DNA of 64,000 nt. Origin: the human T2T-CHM13v2.0 reference genome, Homo sapiens. The DNA is taken from assembly GCF_009914755.1 (NCBI RefSeq), contig NC_060941.1. One strand, written 5' to 3'. The translations under genes were made by a program, and so were the position numbers. The stretch's first letter is position 1, and every line of letters begins with the position of its first letter. Under the pieces are notes generated by a model. The model had not been told where the DNA came from and did no database searches. It saw nothing but the letters and a program-made list of their open reading frames with translations. Positions 47,556 through 63,702 of the stretch are shown piece after piece.

Positions 47556-48653
47556 TTTATTTCAATACCTTTTGGGGTACAAGTGGTTTTTTTGGTTACA
47601 TGGATGAATTGTATAGTGGTGAAGTCTGAGATTTTAGTGCACCCGTCACTCGAGTAGTGTACACTGTACTCAATATGTAAGTTTATATCTCTCATCCCCC
47701 TCCTACTCTCCTTACTTCTGAGTATTTAATGTCCATTATACCACTCTGTATGCTTTTGCATACCCATAGATTAGCTCCCACTTAGAAGTCAGAACATACA
47801 GTCTTTGATTTTCCATTTCTGAGTTACTTCACTTAAAATAATGGCCTCTACCTCTAGCTCCATCCAAGTTGCTGCAAAAGACATTATTTCATTCTTTCTT
47901 ATGGCTGTATGGTAGTCCATGGTGTATATATATACCGCATTTTCTTTATTCATTCATTGGTTGATGGGCACTTAGATTGCTTTCATATCTTTGCAATTGT
48001 GAATTGTGCTGCCATAAACATATACGTGTAGTTGTCTTTTGATACAATGACTTCTTTTCCTTTGGGTAGATACTCAGTAGTGGGGTTGCTGGATCAAATG
48101 GTAGACCTATTTTTAGTTCTTTGAGAAATCTCCATACTGTTTTTCGTAGTGGCTGTACTAACTTACATTCCCACCGGCAGTGTATAAGCATTTTCTTTTC
48201 ACCACATACATACCAAGATCTCTTGTTTTTTGACTTTTTAATAATAGCTATTCTGGCTGGGGTAAGATGGTATCTCGTGGTTTTAATTTGCATTTTTCTG
48301 ATGATTAGTGATGTTGAGCATTTTTTCATGTTTGTTGGTCATTTGCATATATCTTCTTTTGAGAAATGTCTGTTCATGTCATTTTCCCACTTTTTCATGG
48401 GATTATTTGTTTTTCTTCTTGCTGATTTGTTTGAGTTCCTTGTAGATTCTGGATATTAGACCTTTGTCAGATACACAGTTTGTAAATATTTTCTCCATCT
48501 CTGTGAGTTGTCTGTTTACTCTTTTGATTATTTCTTTTGCTGTGCAGACGCTTTTTAGTTTAATTAGGTCCCATTTATTTATTTTTTGTTTTTGTTGCAT
48601 TTGCTTCTGGGGTCTTAGTCATTAATTCTTTGACTGGGCCAATGTCCAGAAGA
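47556..48653 (-). mobile_element. 5'-truncated L1PB (PB3-like), copy B
   Basis: ORF 47946-48329 is the L1 ORF2 C-terminus; L1PB 3' UTR. Confidence 0.92.
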
Positions 48654-49794
48654 TGTATTTTCTATATCTTTCTTGCATTTATTTTGGAAACTATATCTTC
48701 TTATACTAGCTTGCACAATATAATTTTTTTAGGATTGTTCCTTTTATTTAAAATTTCAAATATATTGGTATAAAATTATTCATAATTGTTTTATATCTGT
48801 GTGATATGTAGCGATGTCCATTTTAACATTCCTGTTGCTTTTAATCTTTCAAAAAATTGATCTAGCTAGGCATTTATCAATCTTACTAAGAAGTATTTTC
48901 AGTGAATCAACCTGTGGCTTTGTTGAAACTCTTTAGTGTTTGTTTGTTTTCTAGTTCATTATTTCTATTCTTTTAAAAATTGTGTCTAAAAATTTTGGGA
49001 GGGTTTAATTTGCTAGTCTTAAAAACTAACTTAATACTTAGCTATTTGATTTTCAGCCTTTCTTCTTTTCTAATATGTGCATGTAATGTTGTACATTTCT
49101 ATTCAATAGGGTCTTCATCTCACAAATTCTGATATGTCATATTTTCATTAGTATAATTTCAAAATATTTTCTAATTTCTATTGTGATTTCTACTGTGCTC
49201 CGTTAAGTTTTTAGAAATTAGTTGCTTAATTTCCAAACATATAGGGATTTTATTACATACTTCTAACTTAAGTCCACTATGGCCAGAGTACATACTCTAG
49301 ATTACTACAATCCTTTGAAATTTTTGAAACTTGTTCTGTAAACTGGCATATGACAATATTTGTTAAATTCCCAAGAAAACTGGGAAGAATGAATGGGTCT
49401 TGGAAAATTTTGGAGTAATTGCTCAATGCATAAAAATTGGGACAAGTTTGATAATTACATTTTTCAAATCACTTATATTCTTACCCATTTATTTTTGCCT
49501 GTGATCTCATTTACTGCAAAATGTGTGTTAAAATTTCCTAGTATAATTTTAGATTTGTAGATATTGCATGCAAGTCTTGTCATTTTTTTTGCTTTATATC
49601 GAGGCTCAACTATTAGGTGTATACAGATTAAGAATTGGCATATCTTCCTGTTGAATTGAACCTTTTATCATTAATCGAAATGTTTTTATCTCTAATAGTT
49701 ATTCTTACCTTAAAGTCTGATTAGAGTGACGAGAATATAGCCATGTCACCTTTTTCTTGGTTAGTGTTTGCATGGTATGTTCCCATTCTTGTAC

Positions 49795-50094
49795 TTTTTT
49801 TTTTTTTTTTTGAGACGAAGTCTCGCTCTGTCACCCAGGCTGGAATGCAGTGGCGTGATCTCTGCTCACTGCAAACTCCGCCTCCTGGGTTCAGCCATTC
49901 TTCTGCCTCAGCCTCCCGAGTAGCTGGCACTACAGGCGCTCACTACTACCCCCAGCTAATTTTTTTTGTATTTTTTAGTAGAGACGGGGTTTCATCATGT
50001 TAGCCAGGATGGTCTCGATCTCCTGACCTCGTGATCTGCCTACCTCGGCCTCCCAAAGTGCTGGGATTACAGGCGTGAGCCACCGCGCCCGGCC
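49795..50094 (-). mobile_element. AluY
   Basis: ttagccaggatggtctcgatctcctgacctcgtg; TSD ccatt(c/t)ttgtactt. Confidence 0.93.
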
Positions 50095-50399
50095 CCATTT
50101 TTGTACTTTCAATATTAATTGCTTAATTTCTAAATGGTATTATCTGTGTTTCTTATAAGTAACACAGATTTGTATCTTTTGTTTATCCAGTCTGAAAGTC
50201 TTTGTCTTTTAATTGGAATAGTTAGTCCATTTGTTGCAATTATTAATATACTTGTATCTGTTTTGCCATCAAATTTTTAAATTTCTGTTTATCTAACTAA
50301 AGTTTCTTTTTAATCCTTTCTTATTTTATACCCCTTTATAACAGGATGTTAGCTTACTCTCATATACACTGTTTCCCATCTTCCATTATGTTGATAATA

Positions 50400-50870
50400 C
50401 TTAGACCAATAGTTCAAAGTTTTAGTCTCAGAAGCTCTTTATCCCCTTAAAAAGTATTGGGAATTCCAAAAACGTTTTGTTTATGAGAGTTATATCTATG
50501 AAAACTTATATTAAAAAGTAAAACTAAGAAAATTTAAAATATTCATTAATTCATTGAAAAAACCACTACATGAGAGCATAAGTAATATATTTTTATTTAA
50601 AAATAACTATATTTTCCCAAACAAGAGGGGCATCATTTTGCATTGCAGCCAATTAAAAAAAATTCTGCTTTAGAGAAGACAGCTGGATTCTCATATTTGC
50701 TATTACATTCCTTTTTTTTTATAATTTCATAAATTAGTCTCTAGAAAACTCCACTACACGCTCATGAGGGAGAGCAAAAAGGCAAATAACATTTTGGCAT
50801 TATGAAAATGGTTTTGCTCTCATGGATGACTTGAAAGGGTCTCACAAACCACACTTTAAAAATAGCTGAC
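50400..50870. mobile_element. Charlie-type hAT fragment
   Basis: agaagacagctggattctcatat...cattatgaaaatggttttg...accacacttt. Confidence 0.55.
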
Positions 50871-50874
50871 CAAG

Positions 50875-51068
50875 ACTAGTGATTCTCAAGCTTTAATGGT
50901 ATATTCAAATTATCTGGAAGACTTGTTAAATCACAGATTGCTGGGACCCCACCTGAGTTTCTGATTCAGTAGGTCTGGGGTGGAACCTGAGGATTTTCAT
51001 TTCTAGTAAATTCCTAAGTGATGCCAATGCAGCTGGTTTAGGAACTATACTTTGAGAATCACTGATCT
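50875..51068 (+). mobile_element. MER5A
   Basis: agtgattctcaa...cagattgctggg...ttctgattcagtaggtctggggtgg...tttgagaatcactg. Confidence 0.85.
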
Positions 51069-51100
51069 AGACTTTTAATTCTGGGTTATTACGGATGTAA

Positions 51101-51468
<368 letters not shown>

Positions 51469-52084
51469 TAAAATTGTGATCAACAATACATAACATAACA
51501 TTTAATATTGTAACCATTTTAAAGTGTACAGTATAGTGTGTTAACTTTATTCATCTTGGGCAGCAGCTCTCTAGAACTTTTTTTATCTTGTAAAACGGAA
51601 AATCTATATCTATGAAACAACAACTCTCCTTTTCTTCCTCCCCTCAGGCCCTGGGAACTACCATTCAACTTTCTGTTTCTAAGAGTTCGAATATTTTAGA
51701 TACCTCATATAAGTGGAATTTTGGTGTATTTGTCTTTTTGTGACTGGCTTATTTCACTTAGCATAATGTCCTCAAGGTTCACTTTTGTTTTTGCATGTGA
51801 CAGGATTTCATTCTACTTTAAGGCAAATAATATTTCATTGTTTGTATATACCACATTTTCTTCATCCATTTATCTGTTGATGTATATTGTAGGTGGCTTC
51901 CAACTCTTGGCTATTGTGATTATGCTATAATGAACATGGGTATGCAAAATATTCTCTCAAGATCATGTTTTCAGTATTTTTTTTTTTGGATCTGTACTGA
52001 GGAGTGGGGTTGCTGGATCATATGGCAATTCTATTTTTAATTTTTGAGGACTCTCCATACTGTTTTTCAAAGTGGCTTCACCAT

Positions 52085-52383
52085 TTTATTTATGTATTTA
52101 GAGACAGGGTCTTACTCCTGCTGCCCAGGCTGGAGTGCAGAGGCATGATCATGGCTTAACTGCAGCCTCGATTTCCCAGGCTCAGGTGATCCTCTCACCC
52201 CAGCCACTTGAGTAGATGGGATTAAGGCATATGCCACCAGGCCCAGCTAATTTTTTAATATTTTTAGTAGAGATGGGGTTTTGCCATGTTGCATGGGCTA
52301 GTTTTGAATTCCTGTGCTCAAATGATCCACCTGCGTCAGCCTCCCAAGTGTTGGGATTACAGGCGTGAGCCACCATGCCCAGT
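52085..52383 (-). mobile_element. AluJ
   Basis: Antisense Alu; TSD accattt. Confidence 0.92.
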
Positions 52384-52501
52384 GACCATTTAAATTCCTA
52401 CCAATAATGCACAAGGATTCCAGTTTCTTGATATCTTCTCCAAAACTTGTTATTTTCTCTTTTCTGTTTGTTTGTTTGGTTTGCTTATTTGTGGTTAATG
52501 A

Positions 52502-52923
52502 CATGGGGGCAAAAGCAACTGCATCTTGGATGCTAATCTGCCATGTTGACTTCTGATTAACTCCAGTTCTGGGAAGGCCTCATAAATTTTCATTTTATCT
52601 ATTGTTCCTTGTGTAAGAGCATGTACTTGTTGTAAAGCCTGCTCTTAGGTTAAACAACCTTGATGTTATCATACTTCAGTTGCCCTACACATCTCTTCTG
52701 AACCATGAATACCATTTTTTATGGTACATAAGCCCTGGATCGTAAAAGAGATGGTGCCAGGATCCGCCATCTTGTCTCGCTGCCTGAGACACAGACATGG
52801 CATTGTAAATCCCTATTAAATGTTTCTTTCTGAGAAACTGGATATGTCAGCCTCTTTCTTCAGCCTCTCAGCTTCCTCAGTCTTTTGGAGGTAGGTTTGC
52901 ATAGACATGTTCACCACAGAACA
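52502..52923 (+). mobile_element. LTR47A-like solo LTR (ERVL)
   Basis: aaagcaactgcatcttggatgctaatctgccatgttgacttctgattaac; 5-bp TSD aatga. Confidence 0.78.
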
Positions 52924-53129
52924 AATGACCATCCTAACGAATATGAGGTGATATAGTATTGTGCTTTCTATTTTCATTTCTCCAATGATTGGTGACGTTG
53001 AACATCTTTTCATATGCTTGTTGTTCATTTGTTTATCTTCTTTCAAGCCCTGTGCTTATTTTTTAATCGAATTTCTTGTTGTTGCTGGGTTGCAGGGGTT
53101 TTAAAATATGTTTAGATATTAACCTATTG

Positions 53130-53484
53130 CAGGTTGAGCATCCCTAATCCAAAAACTCAAAATCTGAAATGCTCCAAAATCTGAAACTTTTTGAGTATTG
53201 ACATGGTGTCACACATGGAAAAGTTCACACCTGACCTCATGTGACTGGTGACTGTCAAAAACCAGTCAAAACTTTGATTCATGCATGATTAACAATATTG
53301 TATAAAATTACCTGCCAGCTATGTGTATAAGGTGCGTATGAAATGTAAATGAATTTCATATATAGACTTGGTTTCCATCCCCAAGATATGTCATTATGTA
53401 AATGCAAATATTCCCAAATCTCAAAAAATCTGAAATTCAAAACATTTCTGGTCTCAACATTTCAAATAAGATATACTCAATCTG
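53130..53484 (+). mobile_element. Tigger4b (MER46/Zombi)
   Basis: TIRs caggttgagcatcc ... atactcaatctg. Confidence 0.85.
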
Positions 53485-56400
53485 CCTCAGATATATGGCT
53501 ATAAATATATTCTTTTATTTCATAGGTTGCCTTTTCATTTTGCTGATTATTTCCATGGCTGCACAGAAGTTTTTAAGTTTGATGTAGTCTTATTTGACTA
53601 TTTTTGCTTTTGTTGTCTCTACTTTTGGTGTCATATCCAAGAAACCACTGCCAAATTCAAAGTCATGAAGGTTTTTCTCTGTTTTCTTCTAGAAGTTGTA
53701 TAGGTTCAGGTCTTATGTTTAGGTCTTCAATACATTTTGTGTTAGTATTTATATATGGTGTAAGGCAAGGACATACACATGGTTATACAGTTTTCCCAAC
53801 ATCATTTGTTGAAGAAATTATCTTTTCTCTATCGTGTAGCCTTGGCACCTTTGCTGAACATCATTTGACCATATATGTGAAGGTTATTTCTGAGTTCTCT
53901 TATCTGTTCTGTTGGTCTATGTGTCTGCCCTTATGCCAGTACCATGCCGTTTTGATTACTGTAGGTTTGTGTTTTGAAGTTAGGAAGTATGAGGCCTTCA
54001 GCTTTGTTTTTATTCTCAAGATTATTTCTTCTATTCAGAGTCCTTTGAGATTCCACAGGAGTTTTAGAATTTTTGTTTTCTATTTCTACAAAAATACCAT
54101 TGCAATTTTGATAGAGATTGCATTAAATATGTAGATTGCTTTGAGTAATATGGACATTTAAAAATACTAAGTCTTTCAATCCATGTACAGTGGATGTCTT
54201 TCCATTTATTTGTGTCTTTAGAATTTCTTTTAGCAATGTTTTGTAGTTTTCAGTGTACAAGTCTTTTGCCTACTTGTTTAGGTTTATTCCTACGTGTTTC
54301 ATTTTTGTTGATGCTATTGTTAATGGGGTTGTTTGCTTAATTTTTTTTTGGATTGCTCATTATTAGTGTATAGAAACACAACTGATTTTTGTGTCCTGAA
54401 ACTTTTCTGAATTTGTTTATTATTTAATAGTTCTGACAGTCTTTTGTGAAATCTATAGGGTTTTCTACATATAGTATCATGTCATCTGTGATTATGAGAA
54501 TACAGATAATTTTACATTTTCATTATCTATTTCTATTCTATTCATTTCTTTTCTTGCCTGATTTTTTAAAAAAATTGTTTTTGGCTAGGACTTCCAGTAC
54601 TAGTTTGACTAGAAGTGTTGAGAGTGGACATTCTTGACTTGTTCCTTTTTGTAAAGGGGGAGTTTTCAGTTTTTCTTCTGGTCCTAATTTGTTAATTGCT
54701 TTTTTTTTTCATCATAAAAGGGTACTGCATTTTGCCATAAACTTTTTCTGCATCAATTTGATATAATTATGTGGTTTTTGTTTTTCATTCTATTAATGTG
54801 GTTATTAGATTGATTCTCATATGTTGAACCATCCTTGCATTCCAGCAATAAATGCCACTTGATTATAAGTTATAATTTTTAAATATGCTGTTGAATTTTC
54901 TTTGTTAGTATTTTATCGAGGGTTTTACATGAACATTAATCAGGGGTATTGGTCTGTAGTTTTCTTGTCTTGTAGTATTTATGTCTCATTTTGGTGTCAG
55001 TGTAACTAACACTAGCCTCATAGCATGCCTCATAGAAGTGTTCCCTCATCTTTTTGTTTTTAAGAGAAGAATTGGTGCTAATTTTTAAAATGTATGGCAG
55101 AATTCTCCAATGAAACCTTATGATCCTGGACTTTTCTTTGTTGGGAGGATTTGGTTACTGATTTATTTCCTTACTTGTTATAAGTATGTTCTGATTTTTA
55201 ATCCTTTATTATTTAGTCTTAGTAGATTACATCCTTCTAGAAATTTATACATTTATTCTAGGTTATTTGTTGCTGTATAATTGCTCATAGTAGTCTTATG
55301 ATCTTTCTTATTTCTATAGCATTAGTTGTAATGTCTTCTCCTTTTTGTTATTTTAATCTTTTCTCTTTTTTCTTAGTTTTCCTAAAGATTTTCCAATATT
55401 GTTGATCTTTTCAAAGAACTAATTCTTATTTTCACTGATTTTTCTAATGTTTTTCTATTTCATTTATTTATGCTCTAATGTTTGCTATTTTTTTCCCTTC
55501 TTTGGTTTTATTTTTTTCTTCTTTTTTTCATTCCTTGAGTTAAAAAGTTAGGTTGTTGATTTGAGATCTTTCTGCTTTTTTAATATAGGTGTTTAACATT
55601 ATAAACTTTCCTCTTAGGAGTACATTTGCTGCATCCCATAAGTTTTGGTGTAATGTGTTTTCATTGTCACTTGTCTCTAGATATTTTAAAATTTCCCTTT
55701 GATTTGTTCTTTGATTATTCAAGAGTGTGTTAATTTTCATATATTTATGAATTTTCCTGTTTTCCTTTTGCTATTAAATTTTAGTTTTATTCCATTGTAG
55801 TCAGTAAAGATACTTGGTGTGATTTCAATTTTCTTAAATTTGTTAAGACTAGTTTTATGGCTCAAAATGTGATCTACTTGGAGAATGTTCCATGTGTTCT
55901 TGAGAAGAATGTGTATTCTGCTGCTGTTGGATGGAATATTCTGTATATTTCTGTTAAGTTCATTTGGTCTATAATTTTGTACAAGTCCTCTATTTCCTTG
56001 TCGATCTTCTGTCTGGTTGATCTATCATTTATTAAAAGTGGAATATTGAATTATCCTACTATTATTGTGTTATTGTCCATTTATCCCTTCAATTCTGTCA
56101 GTGTTTGCTTCGTATATTTGGGTACTCTACTGTGAGCTGTATCTTCCTAGTGAATGTACTCTTTATCATTATATAATGTCATTCTTTGTCTCTTGTTAGA
56201 CAGTTTTTGACTAAAGTCTATTTTTTATATAAATATGGCCACTTCTGCTTTCTTTTGATTACCATTTGCATGGAATACCTTTTCTATCCTTTCTCTTTAA
56301 GCCAATGTATGTCTTTATACCTAAAGTGAGTTTCTTGTAGAGGGTATATAGTTGGATCTTTTTTTTTTAAACAAGAAACTATTCAGTCATTCTATGTCTT

Positions 56401-59400
56401 ATAATTTGACAGTTTAATCCATTTACACTTAAAGCAATTACTGATAAAGAAGGACTTCCTATTGCCATTTTATTGTTTTTGGTATGTCTTGGAGTTTTCT
56501 CTCCATTTTTATTTCTTGCTGCCTTCCTTTGTGATTCATTGATTTTTTTGTAGTGACATGCTTTGATTTCTTTCTCATTTTCTTTTGTGTATATTCCATA
56601 GATGTTTTCTTGTGGTTATCATAGAGATAACATAAAACGTCTTCTGGTTATAAAATATATTTTAAACTGATTATAACTTCAATAGAATTTAAAACTCTAC
56701 TCCTTTTCATTCTCTACCACCCATTAATGCTATTGATGTCATAAATTACATATTTTAATATTTTATATTCATTAATATAGTTTTATAGCTAGTTATTTAT
56801 ATGCTTTCTTTTAATTCTATACCTGAATTAAAAGTGATTTATACACCAGCATTACAATTTGTTTCTGTATTTATTTATATATTTACCTTTATGGAGAGCT
56901 TTAAATGTTCATATACTTTTGTGCTGCTGGTGTTAGCATTCTTTTATTTCAACTTGAAGGTCTCTGTTTAGCAATTCTTATATGGCAGGTGTAGTGGTGA
57001 CCTCCCTGAACATTTATTGATTTGGGAAGGTCTTATTCTTTCATTTTGAAGGACAGTTTCCCCAGATGTAGAATTCTTTGGTAATTTTGTTTTCTTTTAG
57101 TGCTTTGACTATATCATGCCACTCCATTCTGTTATAAAATGTCTCTGCTGAGTTATCTGCTGATAACCTTATGAGAGCTCACTTTTTAATGACAAGTTGC
57201 TTTCCTCTTGTTGTTTTCCAGATTGTCTTTGTCTTTGACTTTTGAAGGTGTTATTATGACGTGTCTCCCATGGGCCTCTTTGGGTCCATCCTAGTTAGAG
57301 TCCTTTGAACTTCTTGAATTCGGACATCCACTTTCTTCCTCAGATTTGGGAAGTTTTGGGTGATTATTTCTTCAGGTAAACTCTCTGCTCCATTCTCTCT
57401 TTTCTCACTTTTTGACTTCTATAATTCATATATTGGTCAGCTTGATAGTGTCCAATAAGTCCCTTAGGCTTTCTTTTATTTTCTTCATTATTTTTTTTTT
57501 GTTCCTTGGACTTTATAATTTTAAATGAACTGTTTTTTAGTTTCCTAATTCTTTTTTCTGTTTGATCAAGTCTGCTATTGATACCCTGTAGTAAAATTTT
57601 CAATGTAGTTATTGTATTCTGCAGCTCCAATATGTTTTGTTCTTTTTTATAGTTTCTATCTTATTTTGATATTCTCATTTTGTTCATGCACTGTTTTTCG
57701 GACTTTGTTTAGTTACTTGTGTTCTCTTGTAATGCATCAAACTTCTTTAAGAAGATTATTTGAATTCTTTGTTGGCTAATTCATAGATTTCCATTTCTTG
57801 AGAGTCAGTCTCTGGAGTTTTTTTGTTTCTTTGATTGGGTTATGTTTCCTTGTTTGTGTGCTTTGTAATTTTTGTTGTGATTTTGCATTTGAAAAAAAAT
57901 AACCACCTCTCCCAGTCTTTAAGGACTGGCTTCACATAGAAGAAGACATTCATCAGTCAGCCTGGTTGGAGGTTCCAGAGGTCTTTCAAACCTTTCTTGG
58001 GGATGCATTTTCTCTGGGTTTATTTCTCAATTAGATAGGTTTGCTGGTTTTTCAGGAGCTGTAGTCTCTTACTCACTCTGGTGGATGTTTATGGCACTGC
58101 AATTTTCTGGCACTTCCACAAGCCACTGAGCTCTCTCTCTTCTCAATGGCCCCCAGGACTTTGAAATATGCCAGTTTTCCATCAGTGCTTTGAGCCAGGT
58201 GAAACAGAAATCAGTTTCTTAGGAAGCCCCCAACAAAAGCCAGAAGGTTGGACACACATTTCTCTCCTTTTTTCCTCCTATGGGAAAAGCCATGATCTTG
58301 GTACTTTCTCCCTATCTTGATGAGCTATGTTGGCTCTGTCTGCAGTATTGCAAGTTCTCTGGTGCTGCTTCTAAGTTGTTGAGCTCTCTTTTGTTCTCAG
58401 AGGCTACCAGGAATCCAAAGTATGTAGGTTTCCCCATCAATGCTCTGTGCTAGGCAAGACAAAAACCAGTCCAGGCATTCCCTTCAAAAGCTGAAATGTT
58501 GAATGTGCATTCCACTCCTCTCTTTTATTTCCCAAAGAGAAGCTATATATTGGAGTTTTCCTTTTGATCATGATCTGTGCTAGCTTTGGGGAAGGTCTGA
58601 TGCAGTTGACATGAAATAGCTTTTCTTACCTGTTTCAGGGGAGATGTTATTGGCTTTCAGTTTGCCTGGGATATTGCATCTTCCTAACTGGTTTCCGGCA
58701 TTCTTATAAAGGCATTTTGGAGCATGTATTGTTGTTGAGTCAAGGTTTTTGTTGGGGAGTGAGGTCTTGGGCTTCGTATTCCACCATCTTGCTGATATCA
58801 CTCTATAGCTACTTTTTAAGGTAACATCAAAATCTACCAAGGTATTAGATGGTCGTTACTTTATATAAATCTGTGCCATCTCCTGGAATGTTCTGTATTC
58901 TAATTAAAATACTTAATACAAAATTTATTTCAGTATGAATATTTTTGTGTCACTCTGAGGATTTGTATGCCTGAGAATATGTTTAGCATCCTGTCATACT
59001 TAAATGACAGTTTGGCTGAATATGAACTTCTTGCTCTAAGTACATTTTTCCCCCAATACTTAAAAATACTACTCTATTTTTAGAAATTCTTTTTTTGCTG
59101 TTGGTTGTTACTAGTGTTGGTGTTGAAACATCTGAAATTAATCCGATTCTCGATCAGTATTGCAGGATCTGCTTTTTATTCTCTAGGAGCTTTTGTAACT
59201 TTCTCCTTGCCTTTGATATTCTTACATTTTTTAATAAGATGTCTAATGTGGGTTTTTCTTTATTCTCCTCTTTGGAATTATCTGACTCTTTTACTGTAAA
59301 GTGTCCTCTTCTTCCTTCTTTTCTTTTATTTGGGAAAATTTATCTCCATTACTTCTTCAAATGTTTTCTTTTCTTATTATTGCTTTCTCTTTCTGGGATT

Positions 59401-59884
59401 TCTATTATTCTCATATTACTAATTCTAGTTGTATTTTGCTCTCCCTCCACTTCTTAGATTTTCTTTTATGTTTTATATTTTCTTGCCTTTTTATCCTTCC
59501 TTTTGAGAGATTTTTCTCAATCCGGTTTTTCACATTTTGAATCTATTCCTTAGCTAATTCATGCTATTTGTTTGATTTTTTCTTTATTTTAACTAGGTTT
59601 TTTTATATCTATTATTAATTGTAACTTTTATCATCTCTTTCGGTTCTAATGTTTCTTCTTTGGCACCATATGTAACCCGTAAGTTGTTTTTATTTAAAAT
59701 AGTTGTGCTTTTCAAATGTATTTTTATTTTGCTTTGTGAGATCATTTTCCCCAGGAGATATTGGCTACTTTGTCGAGAAGGGTAGATCTTAAGCTGCAGC
59801 AGCCCTAATTAGCTCAGGTTAGGGAGCTAAGCCCTTGGGCATGGTAGGTGGGGGACGGGGTGGGGGGTGGGAGGGAGGGGGGGA

Positions 59885-60144
59885 ATGTCTGCTGATATCT
59901 TAAACTCACATGTATTTATTCTTGAAGTATATGCTTCTTTTCTCCCCCCACGGCTAATGAAACCTGCTTTCCTTTTGGTTTTCACATCTATTAATAAAAC
60001 GATGTGGCTCATTTCTCATCCTCCTCCAAGAAGTGGCCAATTTCTGGTGGGTTAGAGAATTCCCAGGGGCTATAAGATAGAAATTGATGCTATTTAAAAA
60101 ATGCCAGAGAGTCTTCCACTATGCCTAAATATGGCCATGGGAGA
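59885..60144. repeat. Copy 1 of a ~255-bp local direct duplication
   Basis: Aligns with 62214-62465. Confidence 0.92.
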
Positions 60145-60317
60145 AGGCCAGGTACAGAAAAACCAATTAGTTACTTCTGGCCCTTAGGTCAAGGCCTCAT
60201 TCTTTGCCCAGAGGAAGTAGCATCCTGAGATTGTAAAAGCTAATCAGTCTTAAAGAGTTTGGAAGGGGATGAATGGGGATTCTCTGCTCAAGGTTAGTCT
60301 CTACCTGTTTTTCTTAA

Positions 60318-61023
<706 letters not shown>

Positions 61024-62213
61024 CTTAGCTTTCTTAGAATAAAATGGGACTAATACCTAACCTTGATATTGATGTAAATATTAGAAATAACATATAAGTC
61101 ATTAGTGCTGTTATTGGCATAGAGTAGAAATTCAATAAACCATAGCTCCTATTATAATTATTGCTTTTGTTACTGTTGTTGTAACAGAAAATTAGAGCTG
61201 AGCCTGCCTTTCTGTTCAGCAATGGGATGTTCTGGATAATGGGATGCAATGTTGCTGTGCTCTTCGTATAAAAGGTCATCTTTACTGTGTTTAGGATAAC
61301 ATCACTGAGATTGTTTATTTTTCCTTTGGGGCTATGTATAACCACTCAGAGGATTTGGGGGTCCGGGCTCCAGGAAATGAAGATGTACCTGACAGCTGTC
61401 TTATGAGGGGAAGTAACTGACCCCTATAACATGATCAAAAGCAGAAGGAATGGTGTGGGTGACCATTGTGGATATTGGGAATAGCCATATTCAGATCCAG
61501 CATTTACTTTCCTTCTTGTCTGTTTCAATTCCTTTCTGTTAGAGCCCAATGCCTTCAATAAAGGAACATTACATACTACAGAGTGGCTTTCTTGTGCTTG
61601 GGTAATTAAGAGATATAACTGTCCATTTTGGGGATGATGAGTCTTGAGAAGTTTGATCATGAGATAGTAAGAAGAGTCTACAAAAAGCTGGTCCAATCTC
61701 AGATGACTGACTGAGCTGACAAACAGAGTGGACCTGTGGGGCAGCCCAACAGGCCTCAGGGATTCTCAGAAATACTTGGGGTGGGGAACATGATAAAAGA
61801 CTGCGATTCCTAAAGTAGCAAGATAGGAGATAGAAAATTCTGATTTGACATTAAGGGAAAGTATGCCTCACTGTAGGATGGAGGATCAGGACCTTTGCCT
61901 TGCATTTTCTAGTTCCAAATGATCTGTGTTAATATTAGCACCCTCCAGCACTCTATACCTGCTCGCAACAGAACAAACACTTGTTGCCTCCTCTCTTGCT
62001 TGGAGGGCTCTTGGGGACAGAGCTTTGACTCTGAGTCACTTGATTGTCAGCCCCCCTGCCCTGGGTACTTGGCTTCCACTGTGGTCAGCAACATTGATTT
62101 CTGCAGTGGACCTGGCAACATTATGGTCAGCTACATCCACTGTGGGGCCTCAGCAACATGTGTCCTCAATTTTCTCTTCTCAGGGCGGATATGAAGTGGG
62201 AAGCCAAGAAAAT

Positions 62214-62465
62214 ATGTCTGCTTATTTCTTAAACTTATGCATATTTATTCTTGAAATGTATGCTTCTTTTTCCCTCAGGGCTAATGAAACCTATTTTCCC
62301 TTTGGTTTTCACATCTAAAATTATGTGGCTCATTTCTCATCCTCCTCCAAGAAGTGGCCAATTGCTGATGGGTCAGAGAATTCCCAGAGTGCATAAGATA
62401 GAAACTGATGCTATTTTCAAAATGCCAAAAAGTCTTCCACTATGTCTAAATATGGCCGCAGGAGA
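62214..62465. repeat. Copy 2 of the ~255-bp local direct duplication
   Basis: Aligns with 59885-60144. Confidence 0.92.
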
Positions 62466-62786
62466 CATGTGTTCTTTAATTATGTTCTCCCAAGTTCAAT
62501 AATTACTTAGGAAGCTTCTTGGAGTGAAGGATATCTGAGAAATTCATAGGGGCTTTCGTTGCCTCCCAAGTCACTTCTATAAACTCCACTCTACAGACCT
62601 CATAAATTCCAACAGGGCTGGACAAAAGCAAGCCCCCCTTTTCTGGGACAGCCCCTGTTTCCTTCTACTCTAAGCAGTGACTCTCACAGCCTTTGTTATG
62701 GACTCCTCAGATCTCTGTACATAGCAACCAGGGCATGAGGTGAGCTGGTCTCTTCCCATTAAACATGATGCCATCAAGCTGTTCCT

Positions 62787-62942
62787 GTCAGTTACTGCCA
62801 CTAAAATTACAGCTGTTGGTCACCCCTTAGTGGAAAGAGGCAATCTCCTCCCTCCTCTTCCTTCGTCAGTTACTACCACTAAAATTACAGCTGTTGGTCA
62901 GCACTTAGTAGAAAGAGGCAACCTCCTCCTTCCTCCTGCTTC
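62787..62942. repeat. 78-bp tandem duplication
   Basis: gtcagttact(g/a)ccactaaaattacagctgttggtca at 62787 and 62865. Confidence 0.92.
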
Positions 62943-63228
62943 TTAAAAATAACATGCCTTTCACTCAATCCCTACTAGAAAATGCACATACCAACCCAGA
63001 GAAAGTTAAGCCAAGAACCCCAGCAGGCTGAGTTTTGAACCTGAGGACACACTTGCCAGGCTCTCAGGGACTCAGCTTGAGCCTCCATGCTTCCCACCCT
63101 CCCACTACAGCTGTCTCACAGTTTGGGCTCTGAGATAAGAGGTGTTTCATCCGTCAAAGAAGAAAAGTCCATCAGGAAAAAAAAAACCCACAACAATCCC
63201 ATAAGTCATGGAGGAAAGAGAGAGACAG

Positions 63229-63702
<474 letters not shown>

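Larger units (their letters stand above)
46975..50400 (-). mobile_element. Diverged old L1 (L1M) ORF2 region, host to L1PB copy B and an AluY; resumes at ~58820-59700
   Basis: T-rich antisense L1 motifs (ctttatcagattaaggaagttccc...ttgaattgaaccttttatcatt). Confidence 0.6.

Noticed and set aside
61386-61732. Possible minus-strand exon containing a 90-aa ORF
   Set aside because: Weak pyrimidine tract and donor; no recognisable protein similarity
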